Assembly: GCA_038896535.1 (NCBI GenBank)
Contig: JAWACY010000002.1
Coordinates: 1-64,000 of the forward strand
DNA length: 64,000 nt
Direction of reading: 5' to 3'
Source: Candidatus Anstonellales archaeon
GTDB taxonomy: Archaea > Micrarchaeota > Micrarchaeia > Anstonellales > J096
Shown here: positions 40,724 through 49,827 of the stretch, one piece after another
Layout of the letters: the number at the start of each line of letters is the position of its first letter
How positions within the stretch are numbered: position 1 is the first letter of the stretch
The notes under the pieces: generated by a model
Databases searched by the model: none
Seen by the model: only the letters and a program-made list of their open reading frames with translations
Told to the model about the DNA's origin: nothing
Made by a program: the position numbers and the translations under genes

Positions 40724-43069
40724 TCACCTCTCGAGTAGGATTGCAGTAAAAATAATAGGTATAAATATCTGCCCAAATTTATCATTAATCTCCTTTAGTT
40801 GTTTATAACTACTAAATGATTCACTATTGAGTTTTTTATACCACCCGTAATTTTTATGGCCTTCAATAATCATTTTAACCAGTAAATTTTCTCTTCTAGG
40901 TATTTTATGCTTTGGCAAACCAGAGTAAGCGAGTTTATCATATAAATTTTTCAACCAGTAGAGGAAACTTTTTGAGATTCTTTTCTTTTTGATTAGGTCC
41001 CTAACTTCAGAGACCTTATCCAGAAAAGTTGAATTGAATTCACTCCCAAATTTTAATATTTTTCTTTCAGATGCAATTGGGGCATAACTCAAATAGATTG
41101 AGTTTCTGTGTTGTAACTGTTTTAGTAATTTTAATCTAGTTTCAACTTCATTAAATGCTTTTGCTATTGGGTATCCATCTCTATATAATATATAAGCTGC
41201 TGTGAATGTTATCTCTTTCTCAGGAAAATACTCTAAGTAATGTCTTTGCATTGATTTAAGATGGTTTGATAATTTATTCAGAGCTTTTAGACAGTCATCC
41301 ACCTTACCAGCAAAAATAGCGTCATCCCCGCCTGCATATAACAGGAAAAAATAACTGCCCTTGAACGCGTCCTGAAGCATCTTGTTTAACTCCCTTTTCA
41401 TAAATAACGAGAAAGCAATATTGGAAGATATTGATTCTCTTGATTTTTCTTCATAGCGCCTCCCTAATTTGTCAAAATCTAAAGCAACAATGGCAAATCT
41501 GTTATCCTCCCCGCCATTTAATATATCATCTAATTTATTTTCTATATTATTTGGACTAAGTAATATTTCTACACCACAGTTATTTAGTATTTCTGCCTTC
41601 TTTTTATTATCTTTATTTATTGTATTGGAGTCAATTAAAATTATATAGTCGTTTGTTAACTTTTCTGTATTTAGTTCGTTGAAATTAATAACCTCAAAAT
41701 GTTTTTGTATTTCATATGGGAAGATTAATACGCAACTAGATGAAGAACCGAGTTTAGTGCAATCAACACAAACTTTGCACATTCTAGATTCTTTTTTACT
41801 TTTGGTAGTTATTACACTACCGCAGATTTCACAATAACCGCCCTCAATACATTCAATATTTCCTGTTATTTGATCATCAACATATGTTGATTTTTCTGCT
41901 TTTATTATTGCTTGTTTTATTATTTCATCAAACCCTGAGCCATCTTTGTTAATGTCTGTAAGGTTTGAGCTGCCCATACCTAACTTCAAAAGGTCTATTC
42001 TAAGGTCTAAAAGTAGCAACCTCCTGTAATTTTGTAAAACTTCTGATGCTTTGTTAACTTCTGAAGTAGGTAATAATAACAATGCCTTTCCTGAAGAGAT
42101 CATAACTGCATTTGCTGGTGTTAACCCACAATAAGTAGTAATTTTATAAACTATTTCATAGGTAAGTGTTTCTATATATTTTGATCTGCCTCTAAGAACT
42201 TTTGAACCACCCTTTCCTTTAAAGTCTTTATCTTCTAGCATGTTTATAAAATTCTGAAGTCCCCCAAGCTTTAGCCATACAACAGCAATAGGCCCATGTA
42301 TACCTGAAAATATTAATGAAGAAGCTATTGCAGCAGTTGTTATTGAGTGCGAGTACAAAGATATATGCGGGGCTTTCGACTGCTTATATGATTGAATGAA
42401 AAAAGTATATTCTTTTAGGATGTAAAGCAAGGTCTGGACCCAACCGGCTTTTCTATTATAATTCATGAGATGTTTTTTAATAGATTGGTATACTTCGTTT
42501 GCCGTTGGTTTTGTTTCTCTGTTAAAATCAAAACTTTCATATCCTATAAGAAGAGGTTCAGGATTTTTTATTTTTGATAAATCTTCTAATGGAAAAATCG
42601 GCTTAAGAAGTTTATCGCTGTTTTTTTTATCTTCACTAATATGCGTGTCGTTAGTTTCTGATTCAGGAAATTCAGTATTACTTATATCTCTTTCTCTTGC
42701 GCTCATGTGGTCTGCTTTGATTAAAATCTTCAATAATTTTTTAAGTTCTTCATCAGTTCCATTAATTATTTCATTATAAAATTCGTTTTTTTCACTCCAA
42801 TCAGTGCCTTGTAATTCATGATGTCCCCTTATTAATTTAGAAATTATCAGCAAATCTTCTTTGTGCTCATCAGAAAGGTTAGTTGAGTTACAAGCTATTT
42901 CTACTAGAGCTGCCCCTAAATAATGGTGGTATTTTTTGCCATTATATCTCTCATTGATGAATGCATCGAGTTCTTCAGGAATACTGCCTCCAATTTTTAA
43001 GAATGCTTTACCTATATCGTGCAATAGGCTGGCAACAGTTAATAAATAGATTTGCCTCTCACGATTCAT
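40724..43069 (-). CDS. cas10: Cas10/Csm1 with HD nuclease and intact Palm cyclase motifs
   Basis: LLHDIGK, HH, ADHMSA, LRGRS, CEICG..CKVC, DFDKLG, YAGGDD. Confidence 0.95.
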   Translation of the reverse strand: MNRERQIYLLTVASLLHDIGKAFLKIGGSIPEELDAFINERYNGKKYHHYLGAALVEIACNSTNLSDEHKEDLLIISKLIRGHHELQGTDWSEKNEFYNEIINGTDEELKKLLKILIKADHMSARERDISNTEFPESETNDTHISEDKKNSDKLLKPIFPLEDLSKIKNPEPLLIGYESFDFNRETKPTANEVYQSIKKHLMNYNRKAGWVQTLLYILKEYTFFIQSYKQSKAPHISLYSHSITTAAIASSLIFSGIHGPIAVVWLKLGGLQNFINMLEDKDFKGKGGSKVLRGRSKYIETLTYEIVYKITTYCGLTPANAVMISSGKALLLLPTSEVNKASEVLQNYRRLLLLDLRIDLLKLGMGSSNLTDINKDGSGFDEIIKQAIIKAEKSTYVDDQITGNIECIEGGYCEICGSVITTKSKKESRMCKVCVDCTKLGSSSSCVLIFPYEIQKHFEVINFNELNTEKLTNDYIILIDSNTINKDNKKKAEILNNCGVEILLSPNNIENKLDDILNGGEDNRFAIVALDFDKLGRRYEEKSRESISSNIAFSLFMKRELNKMLQDAFKGSYFFLLYAGGDDAIFAGKVDDCLKALNKLSNHLKSMQRHYLEYFPEKEITFTAAYILYRDGYPIAKAFNEVETRLKLLKQLQHRNSIYLSYAPIASERKILKFGSEFNSTFLDKVSEVRDLIKKKRISKSFLYWLKNLYDKLAYSGLPKHKIPRRENLLVKMIIEGHKNYGWYKKLNSESFSSYKQLKEINDKFGQIFIPIIFTAILLER

Positions 43070-43087
43070 AATTAATGTTTATATTTA

Positions 43088-43107
43088 GTTATATAAAAAC
43101 TTTTTCC
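43088..43107 (-). promoter_or_regulatory. Putative BRE/TATA promoter for a leaderless cas10 operon
   Basis: Minus strand GGAAAAAGTTTTTATATAA with the TATA element about 21-28 nt upstream of the cas10 ATG. Confidence 0.5.
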
Positions 43108-43220
43108 CTAATTTTCAATCTTTTTAAATTTTTCGCTTATAGTTCCTGGCTTTCACCAACCCACTACTATTAATCCCAATATTTCTCTTCCACCAAATTA
43201 ACCCCCCACATTTATTGATC

Positions 43221-43702
43221 ATAGTATTACTCTTATTATTCGATTTACATTTTCTACCAGAAAAGTCCTCAGGGAAGTCCAAGGACTTCCTGAGTCGCAG
43301 TACTCTTATTATTCGATTTACATTTTCTACTTTTGTGGCGGAGTTTTAACAGACATGCATTTAAATCTTGTCGCAGTACTCTTATTATTCGATTTACATT
43401 TTCTACTTATAAATCTTTTGGTTTAATATGTGTTATAGAAAAGTCGCAGTACTCTTATTATTCGATTTACATTTTCTACAAAACAGAAGAGAGGGGCTGT
43501 TAGATATATTTTTGAGTCGCAGTACTCTTATTATTCGATTTACATTTTCTACTACAACAGCAACAGCAAAACAACGAAGAAGAAAAAATAAGTCGCAGTA
43601 CTCTTATTATTCGATTTACATTTTCTACTGCTTGGGAGTGAGGAGGGAGAGAATGGGTAGACAAAGTCGCAGTACTCTTATTATTCGATTTACATTTTCT
43701 AC
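43221..43702 (-). CRISPR. CRISPR array: 7 repeats of 37 bp, 6 spacers (36, 39, 36, 36, 39, 37 bp)
   Basis: + strand repeat GTCGCAGTACTCTTATTATTCGATTTACATTTTCTAC at 43294, 43370, 43443, 43516, 43592, 43666; degenerate terminal copy at 43221; minus orientation inferred from the degenerate end and leader position. Confidence 0.98.
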
Positions 43703-43904
43703 ATGAAGGTTGTAACAGAAAAAAATGGTCGTCTGTGAATTTGGGGCAGTTGAATGATTTTATATGCAGTCATAACTGCTCATTTTTTGAAACATATAAA
43801 AATAAAAGCAAAATAACAGACAACCAAGTGTGGCAGACTTCTTATAACGATTAAGCCACAATAAATATAATAAAGAAATATTTAAAAATTGATGTTTTAG
43901 GCGT
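43703..43904 (-). promoter_or_regulatory. CRISPR leader
   Basis: AT-rich non-coding stretch between the cas2 stop and the first perfect repeat; TATA-like boxes and a GCAGT-CATA-ACTGC palindrome (43766-43779). Confidence 0.7.
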
Positions 43905-44183
43905 TTAAAAATTGATATAATCCTCATCTTCAGGGTAAAAACCTTTACCAAAACATAAAACAGATGAGCTTTTACACTTATAAAGCAATATAACATGTAT
44001 TGTATCAGAGCTAAATTCTTTGCATTTATCCAGTAATTTATTTAACCTATCATCCCTAAGAGTGCCCATAAATCCGCTTTTTTGTACTCTCTCTAACCCC
44101 AAATCCTTTAAAAATTCTCCAAAATGACTCCTTTTTCTATCATCAGATATGTCATAGAAAACAGCAACATCTAAAAATTCCAT
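43905..44183 (-). CDS. cas2: Cas2
   Basis: VFYDISDDRKR, LERVQKSGFMG. Confidence 0.95.
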   Translation of the reverse strand: MEFLDVAVFYDISDDRKRSHFGEFLKDLGLERVQKSGFMGTLRDDRLNKLLDKCKEFSSDTIHVILLYKCKSSSVLCFGKGFYPEDEDYINF

Positions 44184-45079
44184 TCTGACACCTTTGGCAC
44201 TCTAAAATCCTGTTCTTCTAAAAAGAACGAAGCTACACGCCTAACGAATAAAAGTGTTGCTTTCTCAAAGTCATATAAAGAATTTTCAAAAATAAAATTT
44301 TCTTTTTTAAAGAATGCAACTACTTTTTTAGCATAATCCCTTTTAATAAGATCAAAATCTTTTTCTGGGTCGTCCTTTAAATATGAAAAAGCACAAAAAT
44401 CAACAAAAGGCCTGAACGGCTCCATTAAATCAAAAACAAATGAAGTTCTGTAATCCTTTGTTGCGTGCAAAATGCCCATATAAGGGTCTAAGCCGACACT
44501 TATTATTGCCTTTTCAATTGTATATCTCATTATCCCATAACCATAATTTAGGCATTTATTTAATGTATCTTCTGCCCCTATTTTAGTTCTTGTAAATCCC
44601 CTAAATATGCTGGATATGTTGCTCCAATAATCTTTTGCAAATAATGCCTCTTTATTCATAGCACTTTGCACATATTCTTTAATAGGCTCTCTGTTATTCA
44701 AAGAAAGATTAAACTGCAGGTTAAAACCAAATAATGAAGCAACTTGCTTTTGGCCCAACATTTTTGCTTTTATTATGTTATAAATAAATTTTTTCTTTTT
44801 TTCAGCAGATAATGACATTTGTGCTAATCTCAAAGTTGGTTTAGAAAGAGAGGTAGAAGGCAAAAAATATGTGGAGGCCATAGAAGAGAAGAATAAGGGA
44901 ACGTTGTTTTTGGAGAGGGAAAGAAGGAAATTAGAAGATAAAGCAACGCCCTCTCCTATTATTATGGCCTCCACCTTATCAAAGGACACTTCAAACAACG
45001 TTTCCCTTTTTTTCATAACTTTTACTCTGTTCCCCACCTTGGCAACAAAACACCCGTATTCACTTATCTCCAATATCAC
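44171..45079 (-). CDS. cas1: Cas1
   Basis: EALFAKDYW, NKCLNYGY, GLDPYMGILH, FDLMEPFR; GTG start with SD GAGGTGA. Confidence 0.95.
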   Translation of the reverse strand: MILEISEYGCFVAKVGNRVKVMKKRETLFEVSFDKVEAIIIGEGVALSSNFLLSLSKNNVPLFFSSMASTYFLPSTSLSKPTLRLAQMSLSAEKKKKFIYNIIKAKMLGQKQVASLFGFNLQFNLSLNNREPIKEYVQSAMNKEALFAKDYWSNISSIFRGFTRTKIGAEDTLNKCLNYGYGIMRYTIEKAIISVGLDPYMGILHATKDYRTSFVFDLMEPFRPFVDFCAFSYLKDDPEKDFDLIKRDYAKKVVAFFKKENFIFENSLYDFEKATLLFVRRVASFFLEEQDFRVPKVSEWNF

Positions 45080-45111
45080 CCCATCACCTCATTATATATA
45101 CGCGCTTCAAG

Positions 45112-45155
45112 ATTTTTAAGTTTAATCCCTAACATTAGGCATAAAGCTTAAAAAT
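45112..45155. promoter_or_regulatory. Imperfect inverted repeat forming back-to-back promoters/operator between cas1 and the CARF-wHTH gene
   Basis: ATTTTTAAGTTTAATCCCTAA-CA-TTAGGCATAAAGCTTAAAAAT; 18/21 positions pair; each arm carries an outward-facing CTTAAAAA. Confidence 0.65.
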
Positions 45156-45175
45156 TTTTTGAATAATATTATAGT

Positions 45176-45850
45176 ATGGCAAAAACACAAATAATATTTG
45201 TTGGTGGTAGGGAAGATGCTGCTTGGGAGTCACTGGTGAAATTCAAAGATAGCGAAACTAATAAGATAATAGGTTTTTATTCTGAAAGAAGTAAAGATGT
45301 TTGGGAAAGGATAAAAGCTAGGTTAGAAAAGAAGATTACAATAGAAGATGTAGAAGTAGATTTATCAGATATGAAGCAAGTTTTATCATTATTAAGGGGT
45401 TATTTACAAAAAAAAGAAAACTTTATATTGAATGTTACAGGAGCGCCAAAAGAATTGTTATTGGGCATAATATTACTGGGTTTAGATAAAAGTTATTCAC
45501 ATATTGACATAGTTATGCTTCAGGTTGGTGGTAAAGAAATAGTTTTTAGCCCTGCTATGCTCAGATATGCAATATGTGATATAAATGGGAAGACAAAGAA
45601 ATTCTTGGAGGCTATATCAGAACAATTAGGGAATGGAGAAGAATTAAGCTTATCCGAATTGCAGAAGAAATTAAATAGAAGTAAAGCTACTTTATCTGAA
45701 TCCATCGCTAGAATGGAACAAAGAAAAATAATAATAAAAAGGAGAGAAAAAAACAAAATTTTTGTAAAGTTAAATCCTTTTGCTAAATCTATTATTGATA
45801 TTTTAATACTTAAAGAAACAAAAAATGGTGGTAAGAATGGAAGAAAATAA
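45176..45850 (+). CDS. CARF + winged-HTH protein (Csa3-like regulator or Crn1-like)
   Basis: Rossmann-like N-terminus with LNVTGAPK motif; C-terminal LSLSELQKKLNRSKATLSESIARME HTH. Confidence 0.75.
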   Translation: MAKTQIIFVGGREDAAWESLVKFKDSETNKIIGFYSERSKDVWERIKARLEKKITIEDVEVDLSDMKQVLSLLRGYLQKKENFILNVTGAPKELLLGIILLGLDKSYSHIDIVMLQVGGKEIVFSPAMLRYAICDINGKTKKFLEAISEQLGNGEELSLSELQKKLNRSKATLSESIARMEQRKIIIKRREKNKIFVKLNPFAKSIIDILILKETKNGGKNGRK

Positions 45851-47102
45851 AGATAAAGAGGGTAGGAAGGTTTACATAGCGGTAATAGGTGACTGGCATA
45901 GATATTGTCTGGCTAAAACATACGATGAAAACAACAATTATATAGGGGAATGCAAATACCCGCCTTTTGAAAAACTAAAAAGAGGGGATATTGATATACT
46001 TATAATTTTCAGAGAAGATACAAAAGAAACGCAGAAGGGTATTGATGAAATAAAAGAAAATCTTGGAGAAGAATTCGAAAAAAAAGTTATAGATAGAAAA
46101 TTAAATAGTAAAGAATCGAGCATGAGATTAATTGATGAATTATTAAATGAAATAGCTGCACTGAAAGATGAAGATGAAATAATTATTGATTTTACACATG
46201 GCAAAAAAAATTTTACTTCAACACTTCTAATTATAGGCTCTTTGTTAAAGGTACTAAACCCAGAAAAAACAAAGATTTTATATATAGACCATGATTGTCC
46301 TAAAATTAATAAAGCAACTCAAGGGAGTAAGGGAGAAGAATCAAGATATTTAGACGCTTCTTATTATGGCGACGTTATTGCAGAAATAATAAAAATAAAT
46401 GAAGCAGTAAGCCATTTGTCTCCAGAAAAAATGGAAGAGATTCTTAAAATGGAGAACGCAAAAGTTAGTAATGAAGTAAAAGCGCAAGAATCTGAGCAAG
46501 AAAAACAGGCTTCTTATAATAAACGCAGTTATATTACAGGCGTTTTAGGAAAACTAAAAAACTTACTCTTTGCCATTCGTTTGGGTATTGTTACTGATAA
46601 AGTAAAGAGTGAAATTGAAGAAATAATAAAAGAGGACGTTAATGATAATAAGGGCAAGACTAAATTTATATTAAAAAATACGCAAAGACAATTAAATAAA
46701 ATTTATGAACGCATACGCCATAATAAATTCTGGAAAAGACAAAAAGAACTTGGTGATTACATGTGGGATTTAGGCCAATATCAGTTGGCTGTTGCCTTAA
46801 TAAGAGAAGCATATATAAGTAGAGAAATAGAAAAGAGGGGGAAAAAAGATTTATATAATAAGGATGTAAGAGAACAAATTGGCTGGAAGTTATTTAATAA
46901 AAACGAGAATAAAAACTATTCATATGTGTCTGAAATTAGAAATGCACTTGAGCATGTATTTACTTCTAATAGCCATTACCAAAATTTTTCTGGCAGCATG
47001 GATGAATTGCCTAAATATAATAAGATCAACTTAAATAATATAAAAAGTAAATTACTAAAAGGGTTTGAAGATGGAGATAAAGATAGCAACAGCAATATTT
47101 GA
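45825..47102 (+). CDS. CARF-HEPN ancillary RNase (Csx1/Csm6-like)
   Basis: IIDFTHGKK CARF motif; HEPN R-x4-H motif RNALEH; likely start 45837. Confidence 0.82.
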   Translation: MVVRMEENKDKEGRKVYIAVIGDWHRYCLAKTYDENNNYIGECKYPPFEKLKRGDIDILIIFREDTKETQKGIDEIKENLGEEFEKKVIDRKLNSKESSMRLIDELLNEIAALKDEDEIIIDFTHGKKNFTSTLLIIGSLLKVLNPEKTKILYIDHDCPKINKATQGSKGEESRYLDASYYGDVIAEIIKINEAVSHLSPEKMEEILKMENAKVSNEVKAQESEQEKQASYNKRSYITGVLGKLKNLLFAIRLGIVTDKVKSEIEEIIKEDVNDNKGKTKFILKNTQRQLNKIYERIRHNKFWKRQKELGDYMWDLGQYQLAVALIREAYISREIEKRGKKDLYNKDVREQIGWKLFNKNENKNYSYVSEIRNALEHVFTSNSHYQNFSGSMDELPKYNKINLNNIKSKLLKGFEDGDKDSNSNI

Positions 47103-47967
47103 AGCTATAACGCCAGTAAGAATTCCAAAACTTGCAACACTTATGCTTAGAGGAGTTGTAGGAGAGAAATTAAAGCTTTTAACATGTAGATATAGAACAA
47201 ATATATTATCTGGGAAATGTCATTTATGCAGTTATATCAAAACATGCCCTTATGGCTACTTATATGAGCAAGGACAGGACCCAATAAGGATCAATTCAGC
47301 TCTTACACCCCCTCCAAGGCCATATGTTTTTGAACCGCTTGAAAAAGAGGATTATATGCCTGGAGAAGAATTAAAAGTAAATATAAAAATAGCCACAAAA
47401 TATAATTGGGCAGATAAGTTCATAGAGCATGCTTTCTCATCTATAGATGAGTTGGGAAAAGACAAAAATAGAGGTTTTGGTAAAATAAAATTTAAAGATA
47501 TTAAGTGGGACAAGAAAGAAGTAAAACCTTTAGAATCGCTCCAAGATAGAGTTAGAGTTGAATTTAAAACTCCAACTGCTTTATATAGAGAAAAAGCATT
47601 ATTATTGTCGCCATCTCTTTATGATATTTTAATCTTTTCTGCAAGAAGGTTTTTCTTAATATATTCAACTTATTATGATAAAAACTATAAGTATAAATTT
47701 CATAATTTAGTAAAAGTAAAAGATAAAGCTTATGTGCATGCAACAAAAACTAAAGCTGAGCAGATAGAAAGATGGTCAAATAGAAGAAAAATGAGAGAGA
47801 ATATAACAGGTATATTAGGCAGTATAACATATTCTCTAAATAAAATAGATGATAAAGATTTAAGAAAAGATATAAGGTTTCTACTAGGTTTTGCAAACGA
47901 AATGAACGTTGGCAAGAGGGCATGCGCAGGCCTCGGGAAAGTCAAAATAACATCTTACTCAGCTTAA
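47065..47967 (+). CDS. cas6: Cas6 crRNA-processing endoribonuclease
   Basis: MLRG, Cys cluster C..CHLC....CPY, PPRPYVF, RGFG, FKTPT, GKRACAGLG; likely start 47071. Confidence 0.92.
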   Translation: MKMEIKIATAIFEAITPVRIPKLATLMLRGVVGEKLKLLTCRYRTNILSGKCHLCSYIKTCPYGYLYEQGQDPIRINSALTPPPRPYVFEPLEKEDYMPGEELKVNIKIATKYNWADKFIEHAFSSIDELGKDKNRGFGKIKFKDIKWDKKEVKPLESLQDRVRVEFKTPTALYREKALLLSPSLYDILIFSARRFFLIYSTYYDKNYKYKFHNLVKVKDKAYVHATKTKAEQIERWSNRRKMRENITGILGSITYSLNKIDDKDLRKDIRFLLGFANEMNVGKRACAGLGKVKITSYSA

Positions 47968-48008
47968 AATTAATGTTAATGATGCCAAAAAATCAATTCA
48001 CAATATCT

Positions 48009-48098
48009 GGATTGGGGTTGGGGGTGGGGTTGAGGCGGGATTTGGGCTGGGATTGGGATTGAGGTGGGTTTGGATTTGGGTTGGGAGTGGGATTGGAG
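48009..48098 (+). repeat. G-rich degenerate hexamer tract (GGGATT/GGGGTT-like)
   Basis: 11 runs of >=3 G within 48014-48091. Confidence 0.85.
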
Positions 48099-48686
48099 TT
48101 AGTGGTAGGGGTTGGTTTTGGATTGGGCTTTTAATGTGTTTAAAGCTATTAATTCTTCCATAACATTCTCAATTACAATGCCAAACAAGTTATTTATTAT
48201 TGCCAGCTCAACAGTTAATTCTCTTGCTTGCTCGTTTTTCATTAACTTGCCAAAAAGTGCGTTTTCCTCTTTTGTAAGATTTATTCCATCATTTTTTTTG
48301 CTTATTTTTTCATTTTCTACAGCGCTTGTGGCCTCATTAAAGTCTTTATTAAACTCTTCATCTTTATTCAAATATATAAAAGCAACCAATTGTGACAACT
48401 TCCCAATTAAATCTGGAAGCAATGCTTTTTCTTTTTTGTTCATGCCAATAATATCAAATAATGCATCTACCCTCAATCCCATCTGATCTCCTAGCATTTT
48501 TGTAACGTTTGTTAAATCAGGATCATTTTTTACTTTCATTATAATTTCACCAACAGGGATAAATCTATCTGTATAACTCTCTTGCATGTTTTCAACAAAA
48601 TTTTTAAATTTTAAAAGATCTGCAACGCTTTCCTTTATTATGCCTTCTCTTACATCAATTTCTTTATTTCTTCTCATTTCTACCAC
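48099..48686 (-). CDS. Hypothetical acidic helical protein
   Basis: 195-aa ORF 9 nt downstream of the preceding gene; GGTGG SD before a probable ATG at 48677. Confidence 0.7.
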   Translation of the reverse strand: MVEMRRNKEIDVREGIIKESVADLLKFKNFVENMQESYTDRFIPVGEIIMKVKNDPDLTNVTKMLGDQMGLRVDALFDIIGMNKKEKALLPDLIGKLSQLVAFIYLNKDEEFNKDFNEATSAVENEKISKKNDGINLTKEENALFGKLMKNEQARELTVELAIINNLFGIVIENVMEELIALNTLKAQSKTNPYH

Positions 48687-48695
48687 CTTTTAATA

Positions 48696-49241
48696 TCACC
48701 TTTTAATATTAAATTCCTGATATGCTCTTGGGCCATAAGCATACAATATTAAAATTGTTAATTGCGGCACTTGGTTTCTAACAGAGCGCCAGTCCGATGC
48801 TGTTGATGGAAAAGTAAATGAAAGCACATGCTGCTCTTCTTTTTTCTCTTCATTAATCAATGAGAGTTTAATTGAATATTTTATATGCCCGTCACGTGTT
48901 TTTTCAATATCTTTATGCCTGTCCAATGCCCTAAAAATTTTATCTGGATTGCCTGTTTGACTGCTTACATACCTTTTTAAATCATTAACTAATTTCCTGA
49001 ATTCATGATCGCCATAATTGCTCAACATATTTAGCATTTCATTTGGGTGGATAAATGCTTTGCCTTGTTTTTTTAATTTAACATAAACTCTTGCAATAGC
49101 ATTTCTAATGCTATCTAATGTAATTAAATGCACAACTTCAGCAGCATCTTTGCTTATTTCTCTACCTTTTCTTTCTCCTTCCTTATTCTCAGCAATTATT
49201 GGCCCATAAGTTTTCAGCCTTTCCTTATCATCAAACTCCAT
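48696..49241 (-). CDS. Hypothetical protein with HicA-like C-terminal motif
   Basis: EFRKLVNDL...EKTRDGHIKY...FPSTASDWRSVRN. Confidence 0.6.
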   Translation of the reverse strand: MEFDDKERLKTYGPIIAENKEGERKGREISKDAAEVVHLITLDSIRNAIARVYVKLKKQGKAFIHPNEMLNMLSNYGDHEFRKLVNDLKRYVSSQTGNPDKIFRALDRHKDIEKTRDGHIKYSIKLSLINEEKKEEQHVLSFTFPSTASDWRSVRNQVPQLTILILYAYGPRAYQEFNIKR

Positions 49242-49290
49242 GGTTATATAAATACTAAAACAATTTATAAACCTTATTCATTACATCTGC

Positions 49291-49824
49291 TTATTGCATC
49301 TGCCCTTGCTGTATATTTTGCAAGCTTTGCATATATCTCTCTTCATCTTCAAATGTAATGTCAGCTTTTTGCAAAACAGCATAATAATCCATTTCTTTTT
49401 TCCTTTTCAAGCCAATAAAAATATAATCGAGGCCTTTCCATGAGATATACCATGATGGAAATAACGCATAATCATATATTCTTGCTATTTGCGATTCTAA
49501 TGATATAATGAGAAAATATATCATAATGCCAACAACAAGGAGAAAAATGCCTTTTAAAAATGTCCATTTCATCTTTGATTCCTTGCTTTTTTGCTTCTTT
49601 TTAAAGAAATCTTTGAGCCTCTTCTTTATAGCTGTTTCATTCTGCTTATTCCTCTCTTTTGATGGCAGTGTTAATATAATTTTTTCAGGCCTTGTCCTTT
49701 TTGTCTTATTTTTCAATTCATCTATAAAATCAGCAGATATAAGTCTTGTTTCATACGGCCCTATATCAAAATCTGAGAATAAATCATCATAGTTATCAAG
49801 TGCAATAATGATTTGCTCTGCCAT
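49291..49824 (-). CDS. Hypothetical membrane protein
   Basis: LDNYDDLFSDFD N-terminal motif and two TM segments. Confidence 0.7.
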   Translation of the reverse strand: MAEQIIIALDNYDDLFSDFDIGPYETRLISADFIDELKNKTKRTRPEKIILTLPSKERNKQNETAIKKRLKDFFKKKQKSKESKMKWTFLKGIFLLVVGIMIYFLIISLESQIARIYDYALFPSWYISWKGLDYIFIGLKRKKEMDYYAVLQKADITFEDEERYMQSLQNIQQGQMQ

Positions 49825-49827
49825 ATT

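Noticed and set aside
43150..43195. Possible eighth, highly decayed CRISPR repeat
   Set aside because: Only patchy similarity (ACT..TATTA.TC) and spacing does not fit the array period
43221..43702. Self-targeting spacers
   Set aside because: No match noticed within the window by eye; a whole-genome search is still needed
43428..43706. 92-aa ORF with repeated SRSTLIIRFTFST
   Set aside because: Translation of CRISPR repeats and spacers, not a gene
43760..43996. 78-aa ORF over the cas2 end and leader
   Set aside because: Overlaps cas2 out of frame and the leader; no protein-like features
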